A stretch of DNA of 64,000 bases from Deltaproteobacteria bacterium (GTDB lineage Bacteria > Desulfobacterota > Desulfobacteria > Desulfobacterales > G020354645): the NCBI GenBank assembly GCA_020354645.1, contig CP070652.1, forward strand, positions 292,818 to 356,817, read 5' to 3'. The translations under genes and the position numbers were made by a program. Positions within the stretch are counted from its first letter, which is position 1; each line of letters opens with the position of its first letter. Positions 1 to 11,600 of this stretch are shown here, one piece after another. The notes beneath the pieces were generated by a model. That model made no database searches and had not been told where the DNA came from. It saw only the letters and a list, made by a program, of their open reading frames with translations.

Positions 1-1
1 C

Positions 2-778
2 AACAACCTTTTCAGCAATACGGACTTAAGCCTTAAATACCTGAATGCATCCAGTTCTGAGTCGATTACAAATTACCTATGGCTGGCGGCACAAAACTGG
101 AACCAATGGTGTGATCTTACCAAAGTGATACAAGGCAAAGCCGACAAAAATAAAGCATTGGGTACCGAAAACCCGGAATTAAAAAAACGATTTTCTCTCG
201 CGGTTAATGAGAGAAGCTTACAAGTTATACCCAAATTATTGCAGCACATCCACGTCGGCAGCGCTAAATCACTATTGGATTTGGGCGGGGGGGATGGCTC
301 TTATTCATTCGCCATACTCGAAAAAAACCCCCAGCTGCGTGTCACGATTTTCGACCGTCCATATATGATAACAGCCGCGATGCTGCGGGCTTTCGACAAA
401 GGCGTCATAACAAAGATAAAATTGGTGGCAGGCGATTTTTTTAAAGATGATTTCGGCGGCCCCCATGATATTGTATTCTTGTCAAATATCATTCATATTT
501 TCGGAGCAGCCGAGAACAAGCGTCTGCTCGAAAAAATTACAAAAGCCCTGAACGCTGGCGGCAAATTGCTGATTGTGGATAGATTTTTGGAAGATGATAA
601 AACGAATCCTCCTGAGGCCGCTTTTTTTACGGTTGAATTGTTTTTACGGACCGATTCCGGCCGATGTTACTCTTGGTCGGATGTTATTCATTGGCTTAAA
701 GCTGTTGGATACAGCGGTTTTAGATGTACCCGAATCGATGAAAGCGCCGGCATGTTGGACGCGCGCATGGCATCATAG
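2..778 (+). CDS. SAM-dependent O-methyltransferase (family 2, COMT-like), 5' end cut by window edge
   Basis: The reading frame is open from nt 2, with no stop upstream of the GTG at 125 used by the ORF track. SAM-binding motif LDLGGGDGSYSFAIL, followed by FDRP, VAGDFF and LSNIIH motifs typical of the Methyltransf_2 catalytic domain. Confidence 0.7.
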   Translation, partial: NNLFSNTDLSLKYLNASSSESITNYLWLAAQNWNQWCDLTKVIQGKADKNKALGTENPELKKRFSLAVNERSLQVIPKLLQHIHVGSAKSLLDLGGGDGSYSFAILEKNPQLRVTIFDRPYMITAAMLRAFDKGVITKIKLVAGDFFKDDFGGPHDIVFLSNIIHIFGAAENKRLLEKITKALNAGGKLLIVDRFLEDDKTNPPEAAFFTVELFLRTDSGRCYSWSDVIHWLKAVGYSGFRCTRIDESAGMLDARMAS

Positions 779-855
779 AATTCGGTGACTGCCTGATGTA
801 AACCAAAGTAAGCATAAGAAACATCTTAATACATTCAACAAGCAAGGAGATTCTT

Positions 856-1974
856 TTGGTTATTCTCATTGAAAATAGGCTTGCCCAACTTAGAAAATCT
901 ATAGCCAAAGAAAATATTGATGGCCTTCTGGTTCTGGTCGCAGAAAATCGCCACTATTTAAGCGGTTTTACGGGTGAGGACACCCAGTTTGATGAATCCG
1001 CCGGGGCGTTGATCATCAGTGACGCCAATTTGACTTTGGCCACGGATTCCCGCTATGAGTTGCAGGCCAAAAATGAGGCATCTTTATATGAGGTGACCAC
1101 ATACAAGGAGAGTTTGGCCAAGAAAATCCCCCAAATTTTGGATGGTATGCAAATAAAAACTCTCGGTTTTGAAAGCAACCGCATCTCATATAAGCAGTAC
1201 AATGATATTTCAAGGGAATTGAAAAAAATCGATTCGCCTGTTAAACTCAAACCCACGGAAAACCTGGTGGAAAATTTACGAATAATTAAAACCGATCCGG
1301 AAATCGATGCCATAAAAGCCTCTCTTTCAATAGCCGAATCGGCTTTCACCGATTGTCTGCAAATCATCCGTCCGGGAATAACCGAAAGGGAGAATGCTTG
1401 GGAAATGGAAAAGAGACTGCGCGAAGCCGGCGCTGACAGCCTTTCCTTTCCGATTATTGTCGCAGCAGGATCGAATAGTGCCCTGCCCCATGCAATCCCC
1501 GGCTCCCGCAAAATTAAAGCAGGAGAACCCCTCCTTTTTGACTGGGGTGTCAAATTCAAGGGCTATTGTTCAGATATATCGCGGACCGTGGTCATCGGCA
1601 AACCGGATAAAACCTTTGAAAAAGTATTCCAAACGGTCTTCGATGCTCAGCGCATGGCCATTGATGCCGTTAAGCCGGGTATCAGTTCCAAAGCTGTGGA
1701 TGAAATTGCGAGAAACTATATCAACGCTAGAGGATTTGAAGGGAAATTCGGCCATGGACTGGGACACGGAACAGGTCTTGCAATTCATGAAGCTCCGCGA
1801 TTAAGCCCCATCAAAGATATTCCGCTTCAAATCGGTATGGTATCCACCATAGAACCCGGCATATATTTACCAGGATGGGGCGGCGTAAGGCTCGAAAATA
1901 TGATTGTCGTCCGCAAGGACGGCGCTGAAGTGCTCAACGGCCTCGATGTCGCAAATTACCAACTAGAGATCTAA
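856..1974 (+). CDS. Xaa-Pro aminopeptidase/dipeptidase, peptidase family M24B
   Basis: 372 aa. Creatinase-like N-terminal domain plus pita-bread fold motifs: DWGVKFKGYCSDISRT, HGLGHGTGLAIHE, IEPGIY, GGVRLEN. AGGAGA Shine-Dalgarno 5 nt upstream of the TTG start. Confidence 0.85.
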   Translation: MVILIENRLAQLRKSIAKENIDGLLVLVAENRHYLSGFTGEDTQFDESAGALIISDANLTLATDSRYELQAKNEASLYEVTTYKESLAKKIPQILDGMQIKTLGFESNRISYKQYNDISRELKKIDSPVKLKPTENLVENLRIIKTDPEIDAIKASLSIAESAFTDCLQIIRPGITERENAWEMEKRLREAGADSLSFPIIVAAGSNSALPHAIPGSRKIKAGEPLLFDWGVKFKGYCSDISRTVVIGKPDKTFEKVFQTVFDAQRMAIDAVKPGISSKAVDEIARNYINARGFEGKFGHGLGHGTGLAIHEAPRLSPIKDIPLQIGMVSTIEPGIYLPGWGGVRLENMIVVRKDGAEVLNGLDVANYQLEI

Positions 1975-2082
1975 AAGGTCGCCTGATAAGGGCCGTGGAT
2001 GATTGTTTGAATATCTCACTGTTTCAATTTTCAGCCGGCGGTTGAATATAAACCATTGAATCCACCCAACGGGGGTTAGTAG

Positions 2083-2979
2083 TTGCCATCAATTGACGAT
2101 TTGGCCGACCGCTTTTTAAACTATTTGCTGGTTGAAAAGGGTCTGTCTCCAAAAACTTTAACAGCCTACGGCAGTGATATTTCCAGGTACCTTTCATTCC
2201 TTGATAAAAAAAGAATAAAAAAGATTGCTGATGCCGATACCGCCGTTATCATAAAATACTTGATCAGGATGCGAGATGAAGGCCTGGGCGCCAGATCGCG
2301 GGCCAGACACCTGGTCACGCTCCGAGGGTTTTATCGGTTTTTAGTCAGGGAAAATATTCTCCGCAATGATCCTGCAGAAATTATTGATCTGCCCAAAAGC
2401 AGCCTCAATTTACCGAATACCTTAACAGTTGAGGAAGTGAAACTGTTGCTCAACACCCCTGATCTCAAAAGACCGGTAGGGCTCAGAGATGCTGCCATGC
2501 TGGAATTGCTTTATGCAGCGGGCCTGCGTGTATCTGAACTCATTGATCTCAAGCTCCAAGACGTGAACCTTGAGGCAGGTTTTGTGAGGGTTTTTGGCAA
2601 GGGTTCAAAAGAAAGGATCGTACCCATAGGCTTTTATGCAAAAGATAAGATCGACAGTTACATAAAGAAATGCCGACCACGGCTGTTAAAAGGCATCGTC
2701 AGCCCTTACCTCTTTGTGGCCAGGGCGGGCAAACCGATGACTCGTCAGGGGTTTTGGAAATTATTAAAACGCTACGCACAAAAAGCAGGATTTGTAAAGA
2801 AAATCACCCCCCACAGTCTAAGACACTCTTTTGCAAGTCATTTATTGGAAGGCGGCGCCGATTTGCGGGCCGTCCAAGTGATGTTAGGCCATGTGGACAT
2901 TTCTACAACCCAGATATACACCCATGTGGCACGGGAACACTTAAAGAAAGCACATGAAAAATTTCATCCTCGCGGCTGA
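2083..2979 (+). CDS. xerD: Tyrosine site-specific recombinase XerD
   Basis: 298 aa and colinear with E. coli XerD as I recall it: LSPKTLTAYGSDISRYL, AMLELLYAAGLRVSEL, GKGSKERIVP, HSLRHSFASHLLEGGADLRAVQVMLGHVDISTTQIYTHV, ending HPRG. The catalytic R..HxxR..Y residues are present. Confidence 0.85.
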   Translation: MPSIDDLADRFLNYLLVEKGLSPKTLTAYGSDISRYLSFLDKKRIKKIADADTAVIIKYLIRMRDEGLGARSRARHLVTLRGFYRFLVRENILRNDPAEIIDLPKSSLNLPNTLTVEEVKLLLNTPDLKRPVGLRDAAMLELLYAAGLRVSELIDLKLQDVNLEAGFVRVFGKGSKERIVPIGFYAKDKIDSYIKKCRPRLLKGIVSPYLFVARAGKPMTRQGFWKLLKRYAQKAGFVKKITPHSLRHSFASHLLEGGADLRAVQVMLGHVDISTTQIYTHVAREHLKKAHEKFHPRG

Positions 2980-3152
2980 CTTCCGCATCGGGGCAAATAA
3001 GTATGGATTTTTTTGCGAATAATTGCTGCGTTGAAAGCCAATCGGTAACCGGAGATACTTGCTGCCAAGTGTTTGACATTTCAGGAAATTTTATTTAAAT
3101 CAGGGATCGGGATTTTTTACCTTTCATTTTTGTGCGTTAGGGCCAGGGAAAA

Positions 3153-4829
3153 TTGCTACCCATTATTCCGGAAATCAGCAAAGTTATAGGATGGTGGAAA
3201 CCGGGTGATAATTCGCCGGAGCTTGGAAATGATGCGATAAAAGCTGCAATTTCCAATGTGAGGGCATCAGTAGTTTTATTGAACATAAATGGTCAACTTG
3301 GGGTTGGCAAGGGCGGTTCACTGCATCTTGGTGATCTCGCAACCGCAGCATTCCCCCCTGAACCCGATGACTATCCGATAGTAGCTTACGCGCCGCCACT
3401 GCATCCGAATTGCCTGGGTCACTTGTATTTCAAACGTTCTCATAATTTACGCTATGCCTATGTTATCGGCGCCATGGCCAATGGAATTTCATCGGTTGAA
3501 ATGGTTGAGCAGGCCGGGCAGGCAGGAATGCTAGGTTTTTTTGGTGCTGCCGGATTGACGATACCTGAAATTGACTCGGCCATCACCCAAGTGCAACAAC
3601 GTATGTCCGCACTGCCCTATGGGTTTAATCTGATTCACAGCCCAAACGAGCCTGAATTGGAATCCGCAACGGTGGATCTTTATCTAAAACGAGGCGTCAA
3701 ACGCGTAAGTGCATCAGCTTATCTCGACCTCACACTGCCCCTGGTGTATTTCCGATCACACGGTATTAGCCGAGATCATCAGGGGCGGGTAATTTGCCCC
3801 AATCAAATCGTTGCCAAAGTTTCCAGACGAGAAGTTGCCCAAAAATTTTTTTCACCGCCGCCGGATAAGCTACTCAAACATCTTGTTACGCACGGAATGA
3901 TCACCGAACAACAAGCCATGCTTGCAAAGTCTATACCCATGGCAGACGATCTGACCGCTGAAGCCGATTCCGGGGGGCACACCGATAATCAGCCGGCCAT
4001 TTCTTTGCTGCCCACCATGCGGGCTCTGCGCGATGAATTGGCCGAGAAATTCAATTATGACCGCCCGTTGCGAGTGGGCTTGGCCGGCGGAATCGCCACT
4101 CCTGATTCGGCTGCTGCAGCCTTTGCAATGGGTGCAGATTATGTTCTGACCGGTTCTATAAATCAGGCCTGTCTGGAAGCCGGAACATCGGATAGCGTCC
4201 GCTCTATGCTGGCACAAGCCAGTCAAGCAGATGTTTCTATGGCCCCGGCCGCTGATATGTTTGAAATGGGGGTCAAGGTTCAGGTGTTGAAACGCGGAAC
4301 GATGTTTCCCTTTCGGGCAGCCAAACTCTACGACCTGTATTGCAAATATGACTCCTTAGAAGAACTTCCAGCGGAACAAAAAATAATCTTAGAACGAGAT
4401 TTTTTTCGTCGCAGTTTTGAAGAGGAATGGGAATACACCCAGGCATATTTTGACCGGAGGGATCCTACGCAAATCCAGCGGGCCGCATCAAACCCCAAGC
4501 ACAAGATGGCCCTTGTTTTTCGCTCATATCTGGGCCGTTCATCTTCCTGGGCAAATACGGGTGAGCCGTCGCGAAAAATAGATTATCAAATATGGTGCGG
4601 TCCGGCCATCGGTGCATTCAATGAGTGGGTCAAGGGGAGTTTTCTCGAAAAACCGGAAAACCGGAGAATCGTGACGGTTGCCATGAATATTTTGTACGGA
4701 GCCGCGGTGATTACACGAATCAATTGGATTCGCAGTCAATGTATACCGTTAGATTCAGCCTTCCAAAAATATATTCCGCAAAAACTCTCGAAAATAAATG
4801 AAATGTTGCGTGAAGATCTGATTGGCTAA
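3153..4829 (+). CDS. pfaD: PfaD-family trans-acting enoyl reductase of a PUFA/polyketide synthase (nitronate monooxygenase fold)
   Basis: 558 aa. YAYVIGAMANGISSVEMVEQAGQAGMLGFFGAAGL and GLAGGIATPDSAAAAFAMGADYVLTGSINQ are typical of PfaD-type FMN enoyl reductases. Lies upstream of pfaA/pfaC-like genes. Confidence 0.85.
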   Translation: MLPIIPEISKVIGWWKPGDNSPELGNDAIKAAISNVRASVVLLNINGQLGVGKGGSLHLGDLATAAFPPEPDDYPIVAYAPPLHPNCLGHLYFKRSHNLRYAYVIGAMANGISSVEMVEQAGQAGMLGFFGAAGLTIPEIDSAITQVQQRMSALPYGFNLIHSPNEPELESATVDLYLKRGVKRVSASAYLDLTLPLVYFRSHGISRDHQGRVICPNQIVAKVSRREVAQKFFSPPPDKLLKHLVTHGMITEQQAMLAKSIPMADDLTAEADSGGHTDNQPAISLLPTMRALRDELAEKFNYDRPLRVGLAGGIATPDSAAAAFAMGADYVLTGSINQACLEAGTSDSVRSMLAQASQADVSMAPAADMFEMGVKVQVLKRGTMFPFRAAKLYDLYCKYDSLEELPAEQKIILERDFFRRSFEEEWEYTQAYFDRRDPTQIQRAASNPKHKMALVFRSYLGRSSSWANTGEPSRKIDYQIWCGPAIGAFNEWVKGSFLEKPENRRIVTVAMNILYGAAVITRINWIRSQCIPLDSAFQKYIPQKLSKINEMLREDLIG

Positions 4830-4943
4830 ATTATAAATTAACATGTTTTATCAAGACCGATGGATTTTCACCGATTCTAGTGATTGTCATATTGATATAT
4901 CTTTTTAACAATATACAATCTGATATTTTCTTTATTCGTATCT

Positions 4944-5549
4944 TCATGGTTTTTGCGCCTTACCCGGTATGCGATAAAGCGTTTTTGAAATATTTAGCGC
5001 TTCGATAAATTGTTGCAGTACGGCTGTTATATTGAGTATCTTCACTTCCGCAGCTTCTGAAACCGCCCGAATATTTTTTTGTGTTGGGATCAATAACTCA
5101 ATATACCGTTGTTCTCTGACCCCCGAAGCTTCATGTTCAACAGGGATATCGGAAATTATTCCTCGAACAGCATAGAAAAAGTCAATGGTTTGACCCGAGA
5201 AAGATGGCTGCTGATAAATGAATATAACATATCGTTTGACGACAACATCCGGGATATCTTTCAATTTGGGGGCCGCGCTGGAATTCTGATAAATACCCAT
5301 TGACTTTAGCCATTGCCTCAGATCTTCTAGAATCTTCTTGGCTTCAGGAATCGTAAATTTTATGGTTGAAACGAGATGGCCACCCAGAAAAACCTTAAAC
5401 GCATCATCGATACTATACTGCCGGGCGAATCCGGATTGCATGCCGCCCAAAGGGTCCGGTGGTAAAAATTCTCTTGACCATCGCTTCCATTTGGCTAAAT
5501 TAATCCCAAGCTTTTGTGCCAATTCCCTGTTTGTATAAAATTTTATCAA
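4944..5549 (-). CDS. Hypothetical protein with possible N-terminal helix-turn-helix
   Basis: 201-aa ORF divergent from pfaA. The N-terminus YTNRELAQKLGINLAKWKRWSREF resembles a short MerR/excisionase-type HTH. No other recognisable motif. Confidence 0.45.
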   Translation of the reverse strand: MIKFYTNRELAQKLGINLAKWKRWSREFLPPDPLGGMQSGFARQYSIDDAFKVFLGGHLVSTIKFTIPEAKKILEDLRQWLKSMGIYQNSSAAPKLKDIPDVVVKRYVIFIYQQPSFSGQTIDFFYAVRGIISDIPVEHEASGVREQRYIELLIPTQKNIRAVSEAAEVKILNITAVLQQFIEALNISKTLYRIPGKAQKP

Positions 5550-5609
5550 AATACCTCCTTGCTAACTTGTTATATCGGGTTATCAATTTAAATTTCGATT
5601 GTCAATTCC

Positions 5610-5638
5610 TTGCAATTAATTTAATTTTGCTTTATATA
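5610..5638 (+). promoter_or_regulatory. Candidate sigma70-type promoter for pfaA
   Basis: TTGCAA (5610-5615), a 17-nt spacer, then TATATA (5633-5638), about 55 nt upstream of the pfaA start in an AT-rich divergent intergenic region. Confidence 0.3.
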
Positions 5639-5692
5639 GACACTTTTAATTAGGCCACAATATACCCTGAAATATCTTAAAGAGAGACACAT

Positions 5693-8600
5693 TTGAAACC
5701 ACACATAAAAACCACCGGAAACCACCCCCCCCTCGCAATCATCGGAATGGGATGTTTTTTTCCGAAAGCAGCAGGATTAAAAGAATACTGGCGACTCATC
5801 GCTCAGGCGCAGGACGGTATCACGGAGGTACCAGAGACCCATTGGTCGGCTGATGATTATTACCATCCGGATTCAAAGACTCCCGACCATGTATATTGCA
5901 AAAGGGGAGGATTTATCTCTCCTGTCATGTTCGATCCGGCTGAATTCGGCATCCCTCCGAATACACTTGAGGCTACGGATACCTCTCAAATTCTTGGTCT
6001 GATGGCAGCCAAGTCCGCTCTAGCGGATGCCGGGTACGGTGACGGCTCTGGTCGAAGTTTTAACCGGAGTCGAACCAGCGTCATTCTCGGTGTTACCGGA
6101 ACGCAGGAACTTGTAATCCCTTTGAGTTCAAGGTTGGGTTTTCCGAAATGGCGCCGGGCGCTTGAGGCTGCGAACGTACCCGTTGAAAAAGCTGACGAAG
6201 TTGTCGAGAGGATATCGAAGTCGTACGTCCCCTGGCAGGAAAACTCCTTTCCGGGCCTTTTGGGTAATGTTGTTGCCGGGAAAATATGCAACCGCTTGGA
6301 CCTCGGTGGCACTAACTGTGTGGTTGACGCCGCCTGCGCCAGTTCCATGAGCGCCATTCATCTTGCCGTTCTTGAACTCTGCTCCGGTATCAGCGACATG
6401 GTAATTACCGGTGGTGTCGACACGCTCAACGACATTTTCATGCATATGTGTTTTTCAAAAACTCAAACCCTCTCAGCGTCCGGTGATGCTAAACCATTTT
6501 CAAAATATGCGGATGGCACTGTACTGGGCGAAGGAATCGGTATCATTGTTATCAAACGCCTTAGCGATGCGAAAAAAGATGACGACAGGATCTACGCTGT
6601 AATCAGAGCCCTGGGATCTTCCAGTGACGGGAAATCTCAAAGTATTTATGCCCCCCGAGTGGAAGGTCAGGCTAAAGCGCTGCGTGCGGCCTACGAAAAT
6701 AGCGGTATTCATACTTCAACGGTTGAACTTATTGAGGCTCACGGCACTGGTACACGCGTCGGCGATAGGGTCGAATTTAAAGCGCTGTGCCGGGTATTCG
6801 ACAGACAATCCCGCAATGGACACAAATGTGCTCTCGGCTCGGTTAAGTCCATGATCGGCCACACCAAAGCGGCGGCAGGTGCTGCCGGTCTTATTAAGAC
6901 CGCTCTTTCCCTTTACCACAAAATACTACCGCCGACGCTCAAAGTTGAAGAACCCGATTCCAAGTTGAACGTCAATGAAAGTCCTTTTTATTTGAATACG
7001 GTAACCCGACCGTGGCTCACGAAGGGTAAACATCCACGCCGTGCGGGTGTACGCGCATTTGGATTTGGTGGAAGTAACTTTCATATGGTACTTGAAGAAT
7101 ATCAGCAGGTCAAAACTGAAGTGTCCTGGGACGGTTCTGCCGAAATTGTGGCGTTGTCGGCTTCATCCGAAAAAAGCCTGGCCGATCGGCTGGCTGAGTT
7201 TATAACTCAAACCGAAAAGGGTGTGCCAAAAACCCAACTCTCCCTGCAAGCAGCGAAATCAAGGCGTTCATTTTCGTACCGAGACGCTTGTCGGCTTCTG
7301 TTTGTACTTGACCAGCAAATGATCGAATCCGGCGAATTTGTTGACCTTTTTTCTGGGGCACTGATGAACCTGCAGATGGACCACCAAAGAAACCCTTTGA
7401 ATTTAAAGCATACCTTTTACGGTGGGCCCGAAAATCCAGGAAATTTGGCTCTATTGTTCCCCGGTCAGGGCAGCCAGTATGTGGGAATGGGCCGAGACCT
7501 TGTATGCTATTTTCCGGAAGCGATGAGAGTACTTGATAATGCCAATAAAGCTTTCGGAAAAATAGGCCTGCTGAGTGAGTATATCTATCCCCCGCCCTCT
7601 CAAACAAAAGAAGAAGAAAAAAACCAGGCAGAAACACTGGCGAAAACCGAAATCGCCCAACCGGCCATTGGAAGCATAAGTTTGGCTATGCTGAAAATCC
7701 TTCAGCGATTTGGTGTTCGATCTGATGCAACCTGCGGTCACAGTTTTGGAGAATTCACGGCCCTGCATGCGGCCGGCTGGTTCGACGAAAAAACCCTTAT
7801 GCAGCTTTCAATCACGCGGGGACGCCTAATGGCCGCGGTCGTTGGAAATCATAACCAGCACAAAGGATCTATGTTAGCCGTTTTCGCCCCGCTCGATGAA
7901 ATTCAAAAAATAATTCAGGACTACAGCCTGAATGTCACTTTTGCGAATAAAAACAGCCCGTTCCAGGGAGTGGTATCCGGTCATACTGACGCCGTATCTA
8001 CCGCCGAGGAGGTTTTCAGGCAAAAAGGTTTCAACACGGTAGTGCTGCCAGTCTCCGCAGCTTTCCACAGCTCGCTGGTTAATGATGCCCGTGAACCATT
8101 GTTAGCTGCCCTAAAAAAAGTCCCATTCAAACCGTCACGGATACCGGTATATTCCAATTCAACCGGTACCCCTTACCCTTTAGCAGTGGATAAGGTCGTC
8201 GAGTTACTGGGCAACCACCTTTTACAACCGGTTGATTTCGTGAGTGACATCGAAAATCTCTACCAGTCCGGCATCCGGACATTTGTTGAGGTCGGCCCAA
8301 AATCAACCCTCACCGGGCTTGTCACCGCCATATTAGATGGCCGTCAATTTAACGCAATTTCAATGGACCAATCTACAGGAAGGCGATTCGGTCTTGTGGA
8401 CCTTGCCATGACCCTTTGCAATCTAGCCGCTCTCGGCTACGCTGTAGAACTGGATAATTGGGAAACACCGCTCGCCGATATGAAAAAACCGTTGTTGAGC
8501 ATACCGATCACAGGAACGAATTATTGGAATCCGAAAGCCGAAATCACGAGCCAAAAACTAACAAACCATAACGATCCTGAGGAAACGGGGATGGTGGGGA

Positions 8601-11600
8601 CGCCTTCCGATTTTCCTAAGCCAATGGATCTAGCGGATGATTTTGTTTCGCAGACATCATCTTACTCTGAAGAAATGAATTCCATGAAAAAATCAAAAGA
8701 GAAGCGTCAACGCCTTGAGGTTGCAGCCGCATTAAAAACGGTTCGGGAGGTCCTCAAATCCATTCAGGCTCTCCAGATAAAGACTGCTGAAACCCACCAA
8801 AAATTCCTGGAAGCCCAAATGGAGGCCAGCCGTACGCTGCAGATGATGATGCAAAGTACCCAGCGCCTGGCAGAAAAATCACCGGGTTTCTCTGTTACCG
8901 GGGACGACCTAGAAGGGGTGCAAGAAAAAATCAGAAAAATTAGCGGGGGCTTAAAAAATGCTTTCTCCGATATTAAGGACAGCCTTCCTTGCGCTGCAGT
9001 CTCACCGGAAAGTGTCATTTCGGAAGAAAGCACCGCAGATGACACTCCTATAAATTGCGAAGCACCGGAAACCGGGCCCTGTGCATATAAGGCCCCCCTA
9101 CCTATTGAAAAATCCAACTCAGACCATCAGGCATTGAAAACCCTTGTGCTTGATCTGGTGAGCGAGTTGACCGGTTATCCGATTGAAATGCTTGACCTGG
9201 ATATGGATATCGAAGCTGATTTGGGAATCGATTCCATTAAAAGAGTCGAAATTTTCTCAACTCTTGAGGAAAAGATACCCGGCCTGCCACCACTGTCACC
9301 CGATATGTTGAGTCGCTTAAAAACCCTCGGCCAGATTATCACTTATATCAGCGACGCTTCCAAAAGGAAGCAGGAAAATCAGCCAACGGCGCCATCCACT
9401 GTTGAAAGTTCTTCTTTTTCTTATGAAACCGGCCAAACCGGAGATGCAGCTATCTTACGGGAAAAGCTGTTGGATATCCTCTTGCTGACGGTCAGCCAAC
9501 TGACCGGCTATCCGATTGAAATGCTCGGTTTGGAAATGGATATCGAATCTGATTTGGGAATCGACTCCATCAAAAGGGTGGAAATTTTCTCCACCCTCGA
9601 GGAAAAAATTCCCAACCTGCCTAACATCTCACCCGATGTCTTGGTTTCATTAAAAACCCTCGGCCAGATTACCGACTATCTGATTGGCACCATCCCCAAT
9701 GGTGACTCCGCACGGAGTAACATCAAACGCTCGACTTCCAAATCGGAAAATTTCTTGAACATCGAGGACACTTTAACACAAGAATTATCTGAAACCGGTT
9801 CAGTATCCGCTCGGGTTGAAAGGTACGTCATATCCGCAACAGAGAAACCCCACCGCAAAAGATCCACAATAACAATTCCGGCCGATCGCAAGGTATTGAT
9901 TATCGATGACCAAAATGGGCTTTCAACGGCTATCGCCGATGAATTTAAGCAACGGAACATAGATTCTGTTGTAATACCCAGCGACGTATTGACCCGTAAA
10001 GAAAAACTGCCTGAGACGGGCGGCCTCATCTATATTCAAAAATCAGAATTGCTCGTCCAGCCCTCAGATTTGAAAAAGGCTTTTCTTTTAGCCCAATTCG
10101 TGGCACCGCAACTTATCGATTCCGCTGGGTGCGGAGGGGCAATCTTTGCAACCATAACCCGGCTTGATGGGGCTTTCGGCTTTAAAGGCACGGGATTTGA
10201 CAATCCGTTGCAAGGCGCGCTTGCAGGTATGGTGAAAACTGCTGCGACCGAATGGGTGGGTATAAGCTGTTGCGCCATCGATGTTGCTCCGGATTGGTCC
10301 AAAAACCGGGAAATCGCCAGGACGTTAGTTAGAGAGCTGGTGGAACCTTCGGGAGACGTTGAGATTGGAATTGATCAAAACAAACGTGTCGTGCTCGAAC
10401 TGGAGGCTGCACCCTTTGCCCAAGACCAGAAAATAAAAATTGATCTTCATCCAACGGATGTTGTTGTCGTCACCGGCGGCGCAAGGGGCATTGCAGCACA
10501 TGCTATCTGTACCCTGGCCAATCACACCAAAGCTAATTTTGTTCTCATCGGACGCTCACCACATCCAACATCGGAACCGCTTTGGCTTGAAAATTTGACA
10601 GATGAAGCGCGGATGAAAAAAGCAATCCTTGAAAATCAGTTTAAAGACAAAAAGGCTTCACCGATTCAGCCCGAAGAAGCCTATAAAAAGTACACAGCCA
10701 ATCGTGAAATCGCCGCCAATCTTAGCCGTCTGAAAGCTAGTGCTTCGAATGTATCCTATTTCTCCGCCGATGTTCGCGATCCTCAAGCGATTCGATCTGT
10801 CCTCAAAAAGGTGCAGAAAGACCACGGGCCTATTAAAGCAATCATACATGCTGCCGGTGTACTGAATGACCGGCTGATTGTGGATAAAACACCCGAACAG
10901 TTTGAAAAGGTTTTTGACACCAAAGTAAAAGGCCTCAATGCCTTGCTGGAGACGACTAAAAGAGAAAATCTAAAGTATCTCGTACTCTTCTCATCCATTA
11001 CCGCACGGATAGGCAACCCGGGCCAGGTGGATTATGCCATGGCCAACGAAGCCCTAAATAAGATTGCCCAACAAGCGTCGCAGAACCGTCCTAATTGCAA
11101 AGTAGTCTCCATTAATTGGGGGCCATGGGAAGGCGGTATGGTGACGCCCATGCTGAGGCGTGAATTTAAACGCAAGGGAATCAGGCTCATTCCTCTCGAT
11201 GAAGGTGCAAAATGTATGCTATATGAAATGTCGGCAAAGAACAACAGTCCTGCAGAAGTCGTCATCGGCAGCAGCAGAATCTCTCCGGCTAAGGCGCCAA
11301 TCAAAGAAATTCAAAATGCAGCCCTGGGGTATCATCAATCTGATGATAAAGACTTTTTAATCACTTTCAAACGAGAAATAGATGTCGATCGGTACCCTAT
11401 TCTGGATTCACACATATTGGGTGGCAAACCTGTAGTTCCTTTCGCACTGATGACGGAGTGGTTTGGCCACAGTGCGCTTCACAATAATCCGGGACTGACT
11501 CTCTGTGGCCTTGAAGATATGCGAATCTTAAACGGCATCAAAGTCGATCAGGAAGGAAGGGTCGTGCGCCTGCTGGCCGGCAAAGCCCGTAAAAGAAAAT

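Noticed and set aside
2083-2979. A tyrosine recombinase as a marker of an integrated mobile element or genomic island.
   Set aside because: The sequence is colinear with housekeeping XerD, including the C-terminal HPRG. No flanking direct repeats, tRNA target, phage genes or transposase genes are nearby.
9140-9690. A 333-nt tandem DNA repeat that could be a mobile or satellite repeat.
   Set aside because: It lies in frame inside pfaA and encodes two complete ACP domains with the LGIDS phosphopantetheine site. Tandem ACPs are a normal feature of PUFA synthases.
6128-11304. Numerous 60-145-aa ORFs, on both strands, nested inside pfaA. Similar nested ORFs occur inside pfaC, the TPR protein gene, the EF-G gene and others. 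Examples are 7200..7637, 16007..16531 and 19248..19679.
   Set aside because: They are fully embedded in long ORFs that carry unmistakable domain motifs. They have no ribosome-binding sites or recognisable motifs. These are typical frame artefacts.
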